Notes: generated by a model not told the origin, from the letters alone. DNA of 63,418 nt, filler included, from Atractiella rhizophila (GCA_021432655.1; 6 parts of 6 records of this genome joined end to end with filler, not necessarily neighbours in it); one strand, 5' to 3'; shown: positions 1 through 13,349, counted from the whole stretch's first letter. Made by a program: numbers and translations.

Positions 1-1383
1 ACAAATTCACGTCGTTGCTCGGCTACCGATGCGTGTCCATCGTTGGAGGTGTACGTGTCCCATCCACCTACATTCTATAAAATGGAAAGGAACTAACGAT
101 AGATTGTATTTCGGTGGATGACAGAAATCGATTGAACAGCAAGCTTCGGAGCTCGCTAAAGGAGTAGAAATAATCGTTGCCGCTCCTGGACGATTGAAGG
201 ATTGTATCGAACGCCACATGGTCGTCCTGTCCCAATGCACGTACGTCGTTTTGGACGAAGCTGATCGGATGGTCGCTCTCGGATTTGAAGAGGTCCTCAA
301 CTTCATTCTCGATGCGCTTCCGGTGTCGAATATCAAGCCGGATACGGAGGATGCGGAGGACCCGTTGAAAATGTTGAGGAGGTTGGAGGGCGAGGGGGAG
401 AGGATGCCATTGTATAGACAGACTGTATGACCTGGCTCTCTCTCTATGTGTCCAGTCTGATGAATACTGATGAGCTGTGCGAATAGGTCATGTTCTCTGC
501 CACTATGCCTACTGCCGTGGAAAGATTGGCCAAGAAGTACCTCAGACGGCCAGCAGTCGTCACCATTGGTGTTGCAGGACAGGCTGTAGATACGGTCGAA
601 CAGAGGGTGGAGTTCGTGCAAGGAGAAGAGAAGAAGAAGTTCGTCCTTTCATTGCACACCCCGACGATATTGACGAGCTAAAAATCTATCACAGAGCCCG
701 ACTCCTGGAGATCCTAAACTCGGAGGGATTCGCTCCGCCTATCATCATCTTTGTGAACCAGAAGAAGGCCTGCGACGTGCTCGCAAAGGAGCTGTCGCGC
801 GCAAGGGTGCGTCATTCTTGTCCTAAGCCTATTCAACGCAACAGCTCATGTTCTTGTTTGATGCAGTGGTCGACTACTACGCTACATTCTGGCAAGAACC
901 AGCAACAGCGAGAGGACGCTCTGGCCTCCCTGCGCAGTGGAGCGTCGGATATCCTCGTTGCCACCGATTTGGCCGGAAGAGGTATCGACGTCTCCGATGT
1001 TTCTCTTGTCGTTAACTTCCACATGTCGGGCACTATTGAAGCTTACGTCCATCGTATCGGTCTGTTAACCCTTCCGTCTTCTCTTCTCCGCGCTGTCCCA
1101 TAAGGAGAAATGACTGACGCCCCATTTTACGATTAGGGCGAACGGGACGAGCTGGGAAGCAAGGAACGGCTGTCACCTTTTTGACGAATGATGATGCAGA
1201 GATTATGTATGATTTGAAGCAAGAGTTGATGAAGAGTCCCGTCAGTAGGGTGCCACCGGAACTCGCTAAACATGAGGCCGCGCAATCTAGAGTGCGTCTT
1301 CCCTTTTGCATACCGTATACGTTGCTCATGACTACTAGATGACGGCGGCGATGAAGCGGATGCGCGATGCTGATGAAGGATAG
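1..1383 (+). CDS. PRP28: DEAD-box RNA helicase Prp28/DDX23, 5'-partial, multi-exon
   Basis: Motifs [50 protein letters not shown], plus Prp28-typical [16 protein letters not shown] and [13 protein letters not shown] introns; TAG at 1381-1383. Confidence 0.92.
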
Positions 1384-2056
1384 ACTCAGGATTGCTTTTA
1401 CTTGCCTGGATGCACATTCCAACGATTTGATGCAAAATCACGTTCCTCTATAAATCTGATCAACAGAGCTCGCAATTCGTCACAACAAATCGAATGTGTG
1501 AGTTCATCTTGTTCAGCTCCAATTCGTCTATCACGTCCATCCCAGAAACCACCTTCCCAACTACAGCTACAGGAAAAGGCATTACGAATCAGAATGCCAC
1601 AAAAGTGAGGAGTGAGGCACGCACTGTATTTCTCGTTATCCCGTGGAGTATAGGTTTTGTAAGGTATGAAGAAAGAATTGGTCGCGAGTGCAGGTCCATC
1701 GATGAATAGAAAGACAGAGCCTTTCGTCCGCCGCACTGGGTTCTCTTCCGGACTCATTATAGTCTCTTCGTTCGCCCATTGACGGTGAGTGTCATCACGA
1801 AATCTGGAGAAAAAACACTTTTATTCTCTTCAGTTATGAGCAAAGAAGAAAAGACGAACGTGCAAATACCCAGGTTGCGATCAGCGGCAATGGCTGCTGG
1901 TGTAAAGTAGCAGCTGACATATTTCTTTTGGGACACCAACCGTCGAAAATGTTCCTTTTCAGGCTTAGCGCTGTGGAGATGGCGGTAATGAGCTTACTGC
2001 TACTCTAGGCACGACTGTATCGAACTACATGAGGCAATATTAACATCAGCAGCTTT

Positions 2057-2692
2057 TTATGGAGAGTCATTGCTTACCAAAGTAATTATGAGTGTCGCTG
2101 TCCTCAGGATCCTATCTGGGTTCCTCACAAGAATCTCAAACAAGCAGTTTAGATTTGCATTCGCAGCAGGATTCTGTGCCCGCGCTACGCACCCAATCGA
2201 ATTAGGCCGCCAATCAAGACGACAAAGACACTGACTAGGAGCAGGAACAAAATCATTTATATGATAATACGTTGGTGGCAGAGTATCTCCTCGTCTTGGG
2301 ACAGGAGTGGATGGAACAACGTCCTCTTCCACAGTCACAAATGCTGATGTCGTTCCAGCCACGGGCAGAGCAGAAGGGCTGTTTGCTCTTGGGATATTGA
2401 TTCTTGGAGGTTCAGCAGGCGTAGTTCCAAGTATTGGTGTAGTCGAACCGTCCGTTCCTAGTAATGTTGTTGTATTCCGATTGGGATCGCGAAGCAGAGT
2501 AATGAGATCGCGAATATCGTTCTTCAACTCCATGACATCTTGACGGAGCGAGTTCTGGTCCTCGTTGAGCTCCGTCAAACCCCTCTTGATCTCATTGATC
2601 TGATCAGCGAGGGAGTTCAAAGAAGCGGTTTGAAGGGTTAGCGTTCCTTCAAGTTGCTCCAATGGGCCGCTTTCGGCTGGAGCACCAGACAT
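2057..2692 (-). CDS. Intronless hypothetical protein (coiled coil + Pro/Thr-rich), possibly TE-derived
   Basis: 211-aa ATG-initiated ORF with heptad pattern; no family motif recognised. Confidence 0.4.
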   Translation of the reverse strand: MSGAPAESGPLEQLEGTLTLQTASLNSLADQINEIKRGLTELNEDQNSLRQDVMELKNDIRDLITLLRDPNRNTTTLLGTDGSTTPILGTTPAEPPRINIPRANSPSALPVAGTTSAFVTVEEDVVPSTPVPRRGDTLPPTYYHINDFVPAPSQCLCRLDWRPNSIGCVARAQNPAANANLNCLFEILVRNPDRILRTATLIITLVSNDSP

Positions 2693-5119
2693 ATCTGCAG
2701 TTAAAGTCGACGCTCTTCAGAGATGCCCTGCCAGTGTTGATACTCCACTGTGTTTATGATATCTCGAGGGTCCGAACGTAGTTATCCTAACGGACAATAG
2801 AACAGAGTGCATTTAAGAATTTCCTGAACTCGACTTACAAGGTATGGGGGAGTGGGTGGACGGAGGAATCGGCGACTTGTGGAAGCCACGAGGGTCAGAC
2901 ACTCCAGCGAGAACCAGGGATTGGATCTGCCTCTGCTACCTTGCTGGTGTTGAGCAGAGCAGTCGTATACGGGAACAAAGTGAAGGAGCACGTGAAGTAA
3001 GGGAACAAAACGATGTAATTTCATTGACAGAGGCACGCCCAAGCACACTCAACCAGCCTATCCTAAGAACTTAGACAGCTGCCGTCGGTGGAGTATTATC
3101 GATTGCCTTAAACCCCACAATCAGTTAATATCCAATCGTTGACCACTGATAAATGGAAACCCGCACTTGAAACAGCTCCAACATCGCTCCAAAATTGAAA
3201 ACTCAAGGGTCGCAGACAGTTACGCAATTGCCACCATCGGGAGGCTATACATCTTTAGTTCCTCTGCTTTCCAAAGTGTAAAACCAAGTGCTCACGCAGA
3301 CCTATGCCCAAATTAAAGTCTCTCTCAATCAATTAATAGTCTAGACAGGCACGTACGGTGACACAACCTCCAGGAGTAGGATTGGCGAGAACCTGGAGGG
3401 AGAAAGAAGCCATGATCGCGACGAAAGCCGCAGTGAAAGAGAATTGCATTTTCGAGATTTGGACTTGGACTTTGATTACTGTGAATGTTCAGTCTGGAAC
3501 GAACAGAAAGGCAGGATGGCACGCTTTTATACCTTCGAGGCATCAAGGATTGGCCTACGTACGACTTGAATGATCAGGAGCCAGTGGAACTTTTGCTCTT
3601 CGTGGGACGTTCGACAGTCCGCTCGTAATCAAATTCCTCCTCTGCCCTCCTACAGACCTACCTAATCTCTGCAGTCCAAAGAGACTTCACTCTCTCTTCC
3701 GTGCAAGTACACAGGGTAAAAGGAGAAATCTTTTCAATGCTGATCGCAAAACAGGTGAACACGGAACCAATGGATTAGGCAGGTCAGAACTCGGGTATGA
3801 TCTCCCTCCCCTCATCACACAACCCACTTACTTCGATAGCGTGAGCAATCTGTTAATTTCTCAGCAAAGTAAGGACCAGACCCGCGAAGGGAGAGAGAAC
3901 TCCGCCAACCGGAGGGAGATATCTCTGGAGTTGACGCTAGTTGACAATATAAACATACATTAAGAAACCTATAATCGATGAAGAGATGATGGATGAGATC
4001 TCAGCATTGTAGGCCCCTTTTCGTCTACTGATGTAGGTGATTGAGAAGAAGCAAGACTGAGTTTACACCTGTTAGTCTGAATTCGCAAACAGACTTTTCT
4101 TTCCGGTTTTTTCTTTCCGGTTTTGCTGGCAACGCTCAAAATCAGCGACAGCTATGCTATCTGTGTGTCAAATACAAATGAACCACCCCTATATAATCGT
4201 CGTTGATGAGAGAGCCTTGCTAATTGGGCACGGCGCTAATTTGCTTGCCTTCCAAAGGACGAGTAAGACAACATATTCATGAATCTAGAGATCTAGATAA
4301 TAGCAAGGGTAAGGATATGTCGCAGATATCTCCAAAATCCGATAACGCCACGGTGGGATAGATGAATCGCAGAAGCAAAGTGTTTGACTTTGCAATGTCG
4401 TGGTTTGTTTTGCTGTGGTTTGTTTTGCTGACTGATACAAAGTTGTCCCCGAGTCCTGCCACCTCAGATTTAAACAACCTCCCATTCATGAAAGCGGAAC
4501 TGGCTTATTGTTGTCAGGAAACATGAAATGCCGTGTATGGTCTAGCTTGTCTGTGTGGGTTTCTGGTGACTTGAGCCAGAGCAGGTAGTTAAGTGGGTAT
4601 CATCGTGCAAAATATGAAAGGCGGAAACTTCTGGTGACGAGTTTTCAGACTCGTCAAAGACAACACATGCGTGTTGTACAAGCGTGTTCTCCCATCTCCA
4701 ACGACCAGCTGGAGAGGGAGAAATGATAGCACACCGAGTAATCACGACATACTGTCCACGGTACGGCTTAACTGCCCTACCCACACCCTGACTATGGCAC
4801 CCTATACTTGTCTCCAAAACCATCTCGTACACTCGAACGCGCCTTTCCTGTTTCATCCTTTGCCGCGGCAGTAACGATCATTGGGCCTTGCTTGGGGGGT
4901 GTCACAACTCTGGTAGTTTTGAAGAGAAATGTGTCGTGGACTGTTGTGGACCACAACATTTTCACGAGCCTCCTTCATGACGTCACCTGACAACTTCCAG
5001 ACAACACGCGTATAAAGGCAGCTAGCTCCCTGCTTTGGGATATATTCAGACTTGCGAATTACTGCCCTCCTCTGAGAAAGTGACATAGAAATACCCCTAG
5101 ACCACCGCAGAGCGAATAA

Positions 5120-7407
5120 ATGCCATTCCACAACCCGTTCTTCATCGTATGGCAATGGTGGTACCTTTTCACCCAATATCTCGTGTCCCTCGTCTTTCAA
5201 CCTCCAAAACCTCCGCGAAACATCGATAAACGCAAAGAACGTGGCCATATTGCTGTCATTGGTGCAGGATTAACTGGAATTTCAAGCGCTGCGTGAGTCT
5301 CAGTCTACATGCAGTTGGCGCGTCTCTCATATATATGTGTCACAGCCATTTCATTGCACACGGATTCGAAGTCACTATATTCGACGCTACATCAGTGAGA
5401 ATTTTGAATAATACCCGAGCGATTGCTCAAACAGTCGCGCAGGAAGTTGGAGGCATTTGGTCTCGCGTTAACTCCACATCGGCTCTACAGCTCAACTCCT
5501 TTCTATATCGTTTCTTCCCTAGTGGTGCGCCGTACATTCTGCTACATTTACACTGAGTTTTAATATGGGTATCACAGTGAAGTGGCGGTGAGCTTTTTTT
5601 TTGGCAATGCGCAAGTAGCTGATCTAGCAACTCAGCGAGACCTATCCTGCGCGGGATGAGATACTCTCCCAAATGAGGGCTATTTGGAAGGGGTATGACC
5701 TCGAATCGAGAACCATGCTGAATGTAAGATATTTCCTATTCAACACAGCGCAACTATTAAAGTATTACTACAGTCCCGTGTTACCAAGGTTCTGCGTCAC
5801 AACTCATCGACCTCTCCTGATGAACGTGGTCATGCCAACTGGCTCGTCTATGTCAACGACTCGAATACTCCAGTCCCGACAGTATTCGACGCGCTTTGCG
5901 TGACCGTGGGGACTTGCGGCGATCCAAACATGATCAAGATGCCTGGACAAGACAAATTTTCCGGGAAAATAGTGCATTCGAGCGAACTCGACAAATTGGA
6001 AAAGGATGAATTCAAAGGGAAGAGTATTGTCATAGTTGGCGGAGGGGCCAGTGCAGTGGAAGCGGCCGGTTCATACCTTTCTTCATTTCCATAAGAGGAA
6101 GCTGAGGGAAAACTGTAGAAACTGCCATCTCGAAAGGGGCAGACAAGACTGTCTCTGTGGTTGCAAGGGACGACAAGTGGATCATCCCTAGGAATTTTGT
6201 GATAGACACACTGCTTGCTTTGGAGCCTTTTGGGAGAGAGACACCATTCGCTCGGGTTCCTGAATTCCTCATTCGCAAGCTCCACTACCGTGGTCTGGCG
6301 GATCTCTCACCCATTAACAGGGGAATATTCTTTGGGACACCTGTAAGCACCGTACCATAATACCAGTCAGGATCTGATAAGTGTTGTAGATTGTAAATAA
6401 CGCGTTTTTATCGCATATTCGAAAGGGGAACATTAAGTACTATCGTGGAGATGTGCGTTGTGCCCCGCATATTTCTGCTCTCGCTTATGTTATGTCGAGT
6501 AGCTCAAAAAAATTGACGGATCGAAGGCAATCATCAATCAACGCGCACGGGGTACTAAACCAGGAGACGATCCGATCGACACCGTAGATCTCGATGCCGA
6601 TATCGTCGTCCTTGCAACAGGGTATGTATCGTTCACCGCTATCATCACTGCTCACCCGTACTTTGAACGCAGCTTCAAGCGTCCTTCTGTCGATTTTCTG
6701 CCAAAGGATCTCTTCCCTTCTTCAGTTCAAGGAGACTACAAGCCACCAAATTTGTACATTCAAAACTTCAGCGTCGCCGAATGGAACGTCCTCAATACTA
6801 ATTCCGCCTACATGAATGCCATCGGGACTGTAGGCCACTTTCACATCGGTATCTATGCTAGGATACTCCTCGTCTTCTTGATGGATCCAGCAACAAGGCC
6901 CTTGCCAAAAGAGATGATGCTCTGGGTAGACTTTCTAAGGTGGTTCAAGTCATCTGCACCGGGAGGAGCACTCAGGTTCGTCTTTACGGTCTTTTCAAAG
7001 TGGAAAGGAAGAACTGAACAGATCCCTGCCACTTGTAGCTTCTTCACGTACATGGAGATGACTATATGGTTGACTGGCTTCCATTTCCTGAGGGCTGCAA
7101 GGCTGAAGTGGTTCGTCAAAGTGTTTGCGGCATTGATGTTGCTCATGTTCATGATAGGATCTTCTTCGTTCTCTTTGGCTGGGGAGTTGGGTGGCAAGAG
7201 GTTAGCAAGTTGGTAGGTCCCCCAATCGGCACACTGAGAAAACTGCTAAAGAACAACAACAGCCTGTTGATCGAAAAGTTCCTCAAGTGGACGACAGTCA
7301 AAACTCTCATTAAGTTTGGACCACTAAGCACGCATCTAACTGGATTCAGTAGGTTCAAAATGGACTCAATAGTTTGGTACCAAATACCCATGACAACTTC
7401 AAAGTAA
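5120..7407 (+). CDS. Flavin-containing monooxygenase-like FAD/NAD(P)-binding protein
   Basis: ATG 5120 MPFHNPF...IAVIGAGLTG (FAD), VGGIWSRVN, FSGKIVHSS, IVIVGGGASAVE (NADPH), VVLATG; many short introns. Confidence 0.85.
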
Positions 7408-7487
7408 CGGAAAGAAACCCACATTTATTATCTGTTGATATCTTACAAGCCGTTCTAAGTACATATACACAATGATTCCTTGTTTCC

Positions 7488-9391
7488 TTATTCTGAAATG
7501 AAAGTCGCCTCGTTGAATAGCAAGCCTTTAACCTGCTTCGTCTCTCCATCAATTGTCAGCGTGGCTTCAACGGGATTGAAGGTCTGCAAGCCAAAACAGT
7601 TAGGTCAGTCTCATCCATCCTGAAAAACTTAATAGCCAAGAAAGAAACTGTACCTGATAGATGTACGGCTTCGTTCCAGCCTATCCATGAATTTAATACT
7701 ATGAACTCAGAGAGAGTATGAGGGAAGACGCACAGCGTAAGCGACAGCCTTCTTGATAAGATAAGGGATCTCTGCCATCACATCTACCTTCTCGATCAAA
7801 CCATTCGGTTCATACTTGGTTGCAGGGCCATCAAGCAGTTGGAGTTTGAGTTCCGCCGACGCCTTCTCATCCTTCCAGTTCCAGACAATCCTTCCTGGCG
7901 CTTTATAGCCCGTATCCTCATCAACAATGCCGTCTTCGTGCTTGCAAGTACTCTCATCCGCCTCCCCTCCAGTTACGGCCACCAGTTTATCGTTGTGCAC
8001 TATGCTGCCCACATTGATGGTCTTAGTTCCATAGTCGGAAGTGGTGGTGAATTCCATCTGGGTGAGAGCGGTGCCGTCTTCTCCTTGGAAGTTACAGAAA
8101 TTCCAGCGAGCGGCGACGAGATTCGGTCTCATTCCTTGGATCGCATGGATGAAGATTCCCCTGCTTTCTTCCATCTCCACACGCTCCATCCCAATCTTCG
8201 TCTCCCCCTTAATTTCACATCGCGGCCAGAACCGATGAACAACGTATCCATGTCCTCCAGCCTTAGTATCCGGTTCCTCTCCAGTTGGCACAGGGTCCTC
8301 AGAGAGTGGACCAAAGTAGGTCATACCTCCTCTCGGTCCGCTCCCAAACTTCCATCCTTCAGTCAAGCGCTTGACGGTCCAGGAGATGGACACCTCAGCG
8401 TCATACTTCCCTGTGATGGTATATGTATCCGGGGAAGACGGATCAACAGTGATGGTGAACTGATCAGAGCTGCAGGATCTCTTGTCTGCTCCCTCCGCGC
8501 CAATGGCGAAGTTCGTCACGTTGATGGACTTCCAGATTGTGCGGCCGCCTGGCTTGTGATAGCGGAAGGTGAACTGGATTTGCGGGTACCATAACCTGGA
8601 GAAGGGTATTAGCGTCACTACATTCACAAAAATTGATGCAGATGAAAAATATTCATAAAGCTGGGTTCTAGAGGTGAAGTACCAAACCAAGATCTAAGGG
8701 CGTGAGAGAAGACAAAACACTCGTCTTTGCTTTGCGGTTAGACGGCTGAAGGCAACTATTCTTGAGCGAATTACAATCCAATACTATCTATTCAGTGCGA
8801 CAATTGTTGAAGGTTATGTATTAAGCTTATAAAGGACATCGAACCAGCATATCGATAAGTGTTCAATAGTGACATCCTGACGCTCATGGGAGCACAGGCT
8901 ATGCTTCAAAGCACAACGAGTTCCCAATGAAAGGCCTGTTTGGATATGATTGAGTTCTCGTAACAGGCTAACCTGCGGCTAGCGGAACGAGTAGCATCGC
9001 ATCGCATCACATCTTTTATTCTATTCCATTTCGAAGTCATCCCAACACTTCAGCAGCTAATTGGGCATCAATTATGCGATGTTATAGAAGGCCATCTCCC
9101 GCGATGGAGCGAGTGATCGACATCCTCCCCCTCTAGTAACTTGCAGTGAATATGAATGAAGACAACTCACCCAACACTCGAATGAATAACTTGTGCCATC
9201 AACAATGCTCCATCCTTAGTCGTAGCATACCACACCTGAGTCTCGGCAATAAAACCACTCGTGATCGCCTGCCACTCTGTGTCCCTCGTCGTGAGCGCGC
9301 CAGCCTTCTCCCCTCCAGCGATTCGAGAAGAAGCAGTGCATGGGTGGAGCGTAGGGCCGTCAGCGGGAGCAGAGGAGAAAAGCCAGGACAT
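7488..9391 (-). CDS. SVF1: Survival factor 1 (Svf1-like) protein
   Basis: ETQVWY, AQVIHSSVG|LWYPQIQFTF, HRFWPR, FIHAIQGMRPNLVAARWNF, GTKPYIYQ, C-terminal EATFISE; intron 1 at 8596-9170. Confidence 0.9.
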
Positions 9392-9516
9392 GTTGCTTGA
9401 ATTGATGTGATGCAGAAGGAAGGATGGTTTGGTGTTAGTTCAGGTAAGAACTGGGTTGGCGCATCCGAGTTATGTGCACGAAGGCCACCAAAACAATCGA
9501 AGAATCGTATTGAGCA

Positions 9517-11705
9517 ATGAACCAACCATCTTTCTTGCTTTTGCAAGCTACCCCGCCATCTCTGACTCTTCACAGCCTAACGAACGGTCAGACGCTAAAA
9601 AACTACAAGCTTCCAAACACTTTTTCAGTGACAAATGGAAGTACGACTGCATTCGATGTTCGGGATGGAAAGGTGATAGTAGTCGGTGGGAAAGAAGGCA
9701 AAGGACCAGTTTGTACCTGGGGACTGGGAGAGGTGAGTCTCATCTTATCTGCGGAAGAATGGAGCTTGTGGCTTGAAATGCAGTCGAAGGAGGAAAGAAA
9801 AACACGATCTTTGACAATGGAGTCGAACTATTTTACCGCAAATAGACTTTCTTCTACGGTTTCATGTTCTATGCGTGTTTTGTTTGTCCAAAGAGAGAAT
9901 GCGATGCGATTATTTTATGCATCCTGGATCTGTACAATCATTTTTCTCCTTTGAACACCAGATCGCGTACACCGGCTGTTTTGCCTCATTTTAAGCAATG
10001 CATAGTTGCATATATCTTTAGCTGTATACAATTATTTGAAATGTAGCCATTGGGTGAATTTATCGAGATCGATTTTGCGATGGCAAACGGTTTGCTTACC
10101 TGTCCACATTCTCACCTTAAGATGATGACCTGCTAATTTAAAAGAACAGGATGCATATATGATTTCACTTTTCCTTGAAGTTATTACTTGTTGGGATTGG
10201 GAACTATCAGTAGCGAACATGAGCAAGCTGAACACACTGAACTTTGATGCTGTTTCGAAACATACATCTTATGAAACAGCATGAAAAGGCTAGGAGGTGT
10301 GGAATTAACTCTATCGTATTTTCTAGCATTCCTGCTGTACTTGCTTTATGTGCGAGAAATACGCTGTTGCGGCTTGTGTTCAAATTGGAAGTTTTATTCA
10401 CCTAGTCAACCATTCTTCTATAGGTTCATCCACTCTCGACACTACATCCTCCTACCCCTTTAACGGTACTCTCGCTTTCTCCATCACTCACCCATCTCAT
10501 CGCGGGCACGTCAGACGGACGCATCCTCCTCTACTCCTATCCATCCGGTCATCTACTCCGCACCATCTCGGCGCACTTCCGTAGTCTGACCGCTCTCCGT
10601 TGGACCGCCGCCGGCGAGGCTTTTGTGAGTGCGGCTGAGGATGGAGGTGTACGCGTTTGGGCACTAGGATCGTACGTTGTTGTAATTTTAGTGGATGGAT
10701 GATGTGCTGAATAAAAGGAATGGGAAAGTAAGGGTGTTGAAGAATGACATGCCGGAACCGTGGAATGAAGTCAATGCACATCGATTGCCAGTGACGGATC
10801 TGAAGGTCGGGAAAGGAGCTTTTCCACGGTCGAAAATGTGGAGCTGTTCTACTGATGGGGAAGTAAAGGTTTGTCTTTCATACTCTGTTTCCTTCGTTCC
10901 TACGGCTCATAGGAAATGCAAGTAGATGTGGAACTTGTCCACGATGCACCTGCTTACAACTTACACCTTCCAGCGCCACCCTATCAACCATATACTCATT
11001 GATCCTCTAGAGAGATTTTTTGTGGCTATAGGCGAGGAGAAGGGGGAGGAGGGTAAAGGAGGCTGGGTGAGACGCGTCGAAATTTCTCCTTCTCCTTCAA
11101 CCGGGAGGCTGGACGATCTGCAAGACGGGACAAAAACAAACGTCTTCCGAACGAGGTATGATTCCATTCTGCCTGACAAAGATTTTGCTGAGCAGAAATA
11201 AAGGACTAAGGTATCTTCGGCTGAAATCTGCATGTCGATGCCATACATACTCATAACGACTATGCCACAAGAAAAAGAAAAGTCGCCAGCGACTCTCCAT
11301 GTGTTCCACTACTCCATGCAGCCCGTCCGCACACAGTCCTTCGTCGACTGTTCAGACAGTATCCGTGTTCTCTCTGTCCTCGAAACGCCAATGGAGTTCA
11401 TAAGTCGCGAGCCTCCACTGCGAGAGATGGGTCGTGTCATTTCTTCGACTTCTTCGACGGAAGGGAACGTTTTGTTGATAAGAGGACTGGAACCCTGTGC
11501 AGACGTAGAGGCCGAACTCTTTCCTTGGGGAAATCCAGAGAAGCTCGGATCTGGGACGGGAGAGAAAGACAGGACGGGGAAAGAGCGAGAGGAGCTCGAA
11601 AGGCTGCGGTTGGAGAATGAGAGGTTGAGGGATCAGGCGAGGAGAGCTACGAGGTTGGCGGATGAGGTTTGGAAGCTTGGTGTCGAGGATGCGTTACATC
11701 GGTGA
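9517..11705 (+). CDS. IPI3: WD40 pre-rRNA-processing protein Ipi3/WDR18 (Rix1 complex)
   Basis: In-frame splice WGLGE|VHPLST; AGTSDGRILLY..SGHLLRTISAHFRSLTALRW, AHRLPVTDL, IDPLERFF, C-terminal coiled coil; intron 1 at 9733-10423. Confidence 0.72.
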
Positions 11706-11894
11706 GGGTGTATGTGGTGATTAGACCGAAATGACATTGCGGACACAACATTCCTTACTGAAGATCCAAAATCAAACAGAAGCTAAAACCATAAGACATG
11801 GAAGAGAATCAACGAAGCGGTTTCATAAATCACAATTTCACCTCTCAATCTGAGGTCACGTCGATTGCTCAGAGCAACCTCTTGTGTGGAGCTG

Positions 11895-13249
11895 TCAAGT
11901 GGCAGCCCAACCTCCCATCATCCCATACCCAGCAGCTGCCTGTCCATGATGAGTAGGCGTCCCAAAACCAACACCCTGTCCGTGTCCTCCCACATTCTTC
12001 ACGCTAACTCCGCCAATGGACTGGGCCGCACTGACACGGTGATGTTGGGATGAGGATGGCGTTGCGTTCCCTCCTGAATTGGCGGAGACGGGTGCTCCAA
12101 CAAAGATGTCCTCTTCGTCTTCTCCGGATCCAAAGAGCATGGGATCCAGAGGAGCTTCCGCCCTTTTGGCTAGGTTAGTGAATCCTGTCCATCATTGTGA
12201 ATTTCGATTAGCTTGTGCAATGATGCGGATTGTAGGAGGACGGACGGGAAAGAAGTTGTTTTTGGTCTTGGTTTTCCCTTTCTAGCTCCCTTATTCGCGC
12301 CTGTAAATCGGTAATGAGCTGGATGAATTCCGCGCTGCTCGTCCCTGCTCCCTGATGGCAAAAGGAACTCAATCATAAAAGATGGCAAGGGCGACAACGA
12401 AGGCGAACCTTTGACAATCGGTCGTTCTCGTCTTTTAGGAGCTTATTCATCTCCTTCAAGGTTTGAGACTCCGCTGCCGTTTTGATCAAGGCAGCGAGCA
12501 ATTCTTGGACAACTTCAACGCTTCGAGGAGGTGTTTCTGTGGCTCACGTCAGCAACTCCTCACAACGGAAAAGGAAAAGGGAAAAGACCCACATCGATCC
12601 CCACGCTCATCGCCAGCGGATTGTTCGATACGCTGCCATATAACCCCTGTCCCATACTCCCCATACTTCCACCCCCGGCACCCGGACCATTGCCTAACCC
12701 TGCTACGGCCACACCAATGTTAACATCAGGCTCGTCCATCCTCCTCCTCTTCTTCCCTCTCTGTCCAACCGGCTGTCCATTCGCGTTAACCGTCTCCAGT
12801 CCAGCATTGGACAGGTCGATGCTGTCCTCTTCCCCAATGGCAGCCGAGCCTTCCGTAATTTGTCCCTTCTTCAACGCTCGTTGTTGCTTCTTTGCAGCTC
12901 GAGATAGTTCGCAGGTTCGGTTGAGCCCGTTCGGGGTGGACCCGAATGATTCGACGGGATGGTAGGCTCGATGGTTTGAGCAGTAGGCGAATCCTTTCCC
13001 CAAATTGGCACGGGTAAACAAATGCTGTTTCTCGCACGACTTGGAAGGATGATAGCAACACACCAGGTTGTGCGCGTGCCATGTAGTCCTGCATCCCATC
13101 AATAGCGCAGAACACTCAACATGACAAGCCCGGAAATTCCAACAAGGCAAACGGACCTCATAAGTCTTCTTACTCGCTCTATCGTCCTGACTAACAGGAA
13201 TATGTTGCGGCTGTTGACCCCCGCCTACGCTTCCACCCAGTCCATGAGC
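11895..13249 (-). CDS. Hypothetical multi-exon protein, 5'-partial
   Basis: Spliced reading EDYMARAQPGFAYCSNHRAYHPVESFG...RTCELSR, coiled coil, Gly-rich tail; runs into spacer. Confidence 0.55.
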
Positions 13250-13349
13250 NNNNNNNNNNNNNNNNNNNNNNNNNNNNNNNNNNNNNNNNNNNNTTAATTA
13301 ATTAANNNNNNNNNNNNNNNNNNNNNNNNNNNNNNNNNNNNNNNNNNNN
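13250..13349. other. Artificial contig-join spacer
   Basis: N44-TTAATTAATTAA-N44, stops in all six frames. Confidence 0.98.

Noticed and set aside
8596..10423. Telomerase RNA, snR30 or RNase MRP identity for the long introns
   Set aside because: No CCCUAA template repeat, snR30 m1/m2 motifs or correctly ordered P4 motifs recognised
13294..13305. Recurring TTAATTAATTAA palindrome
   Set aside because: Synthetic all-frame stop linker
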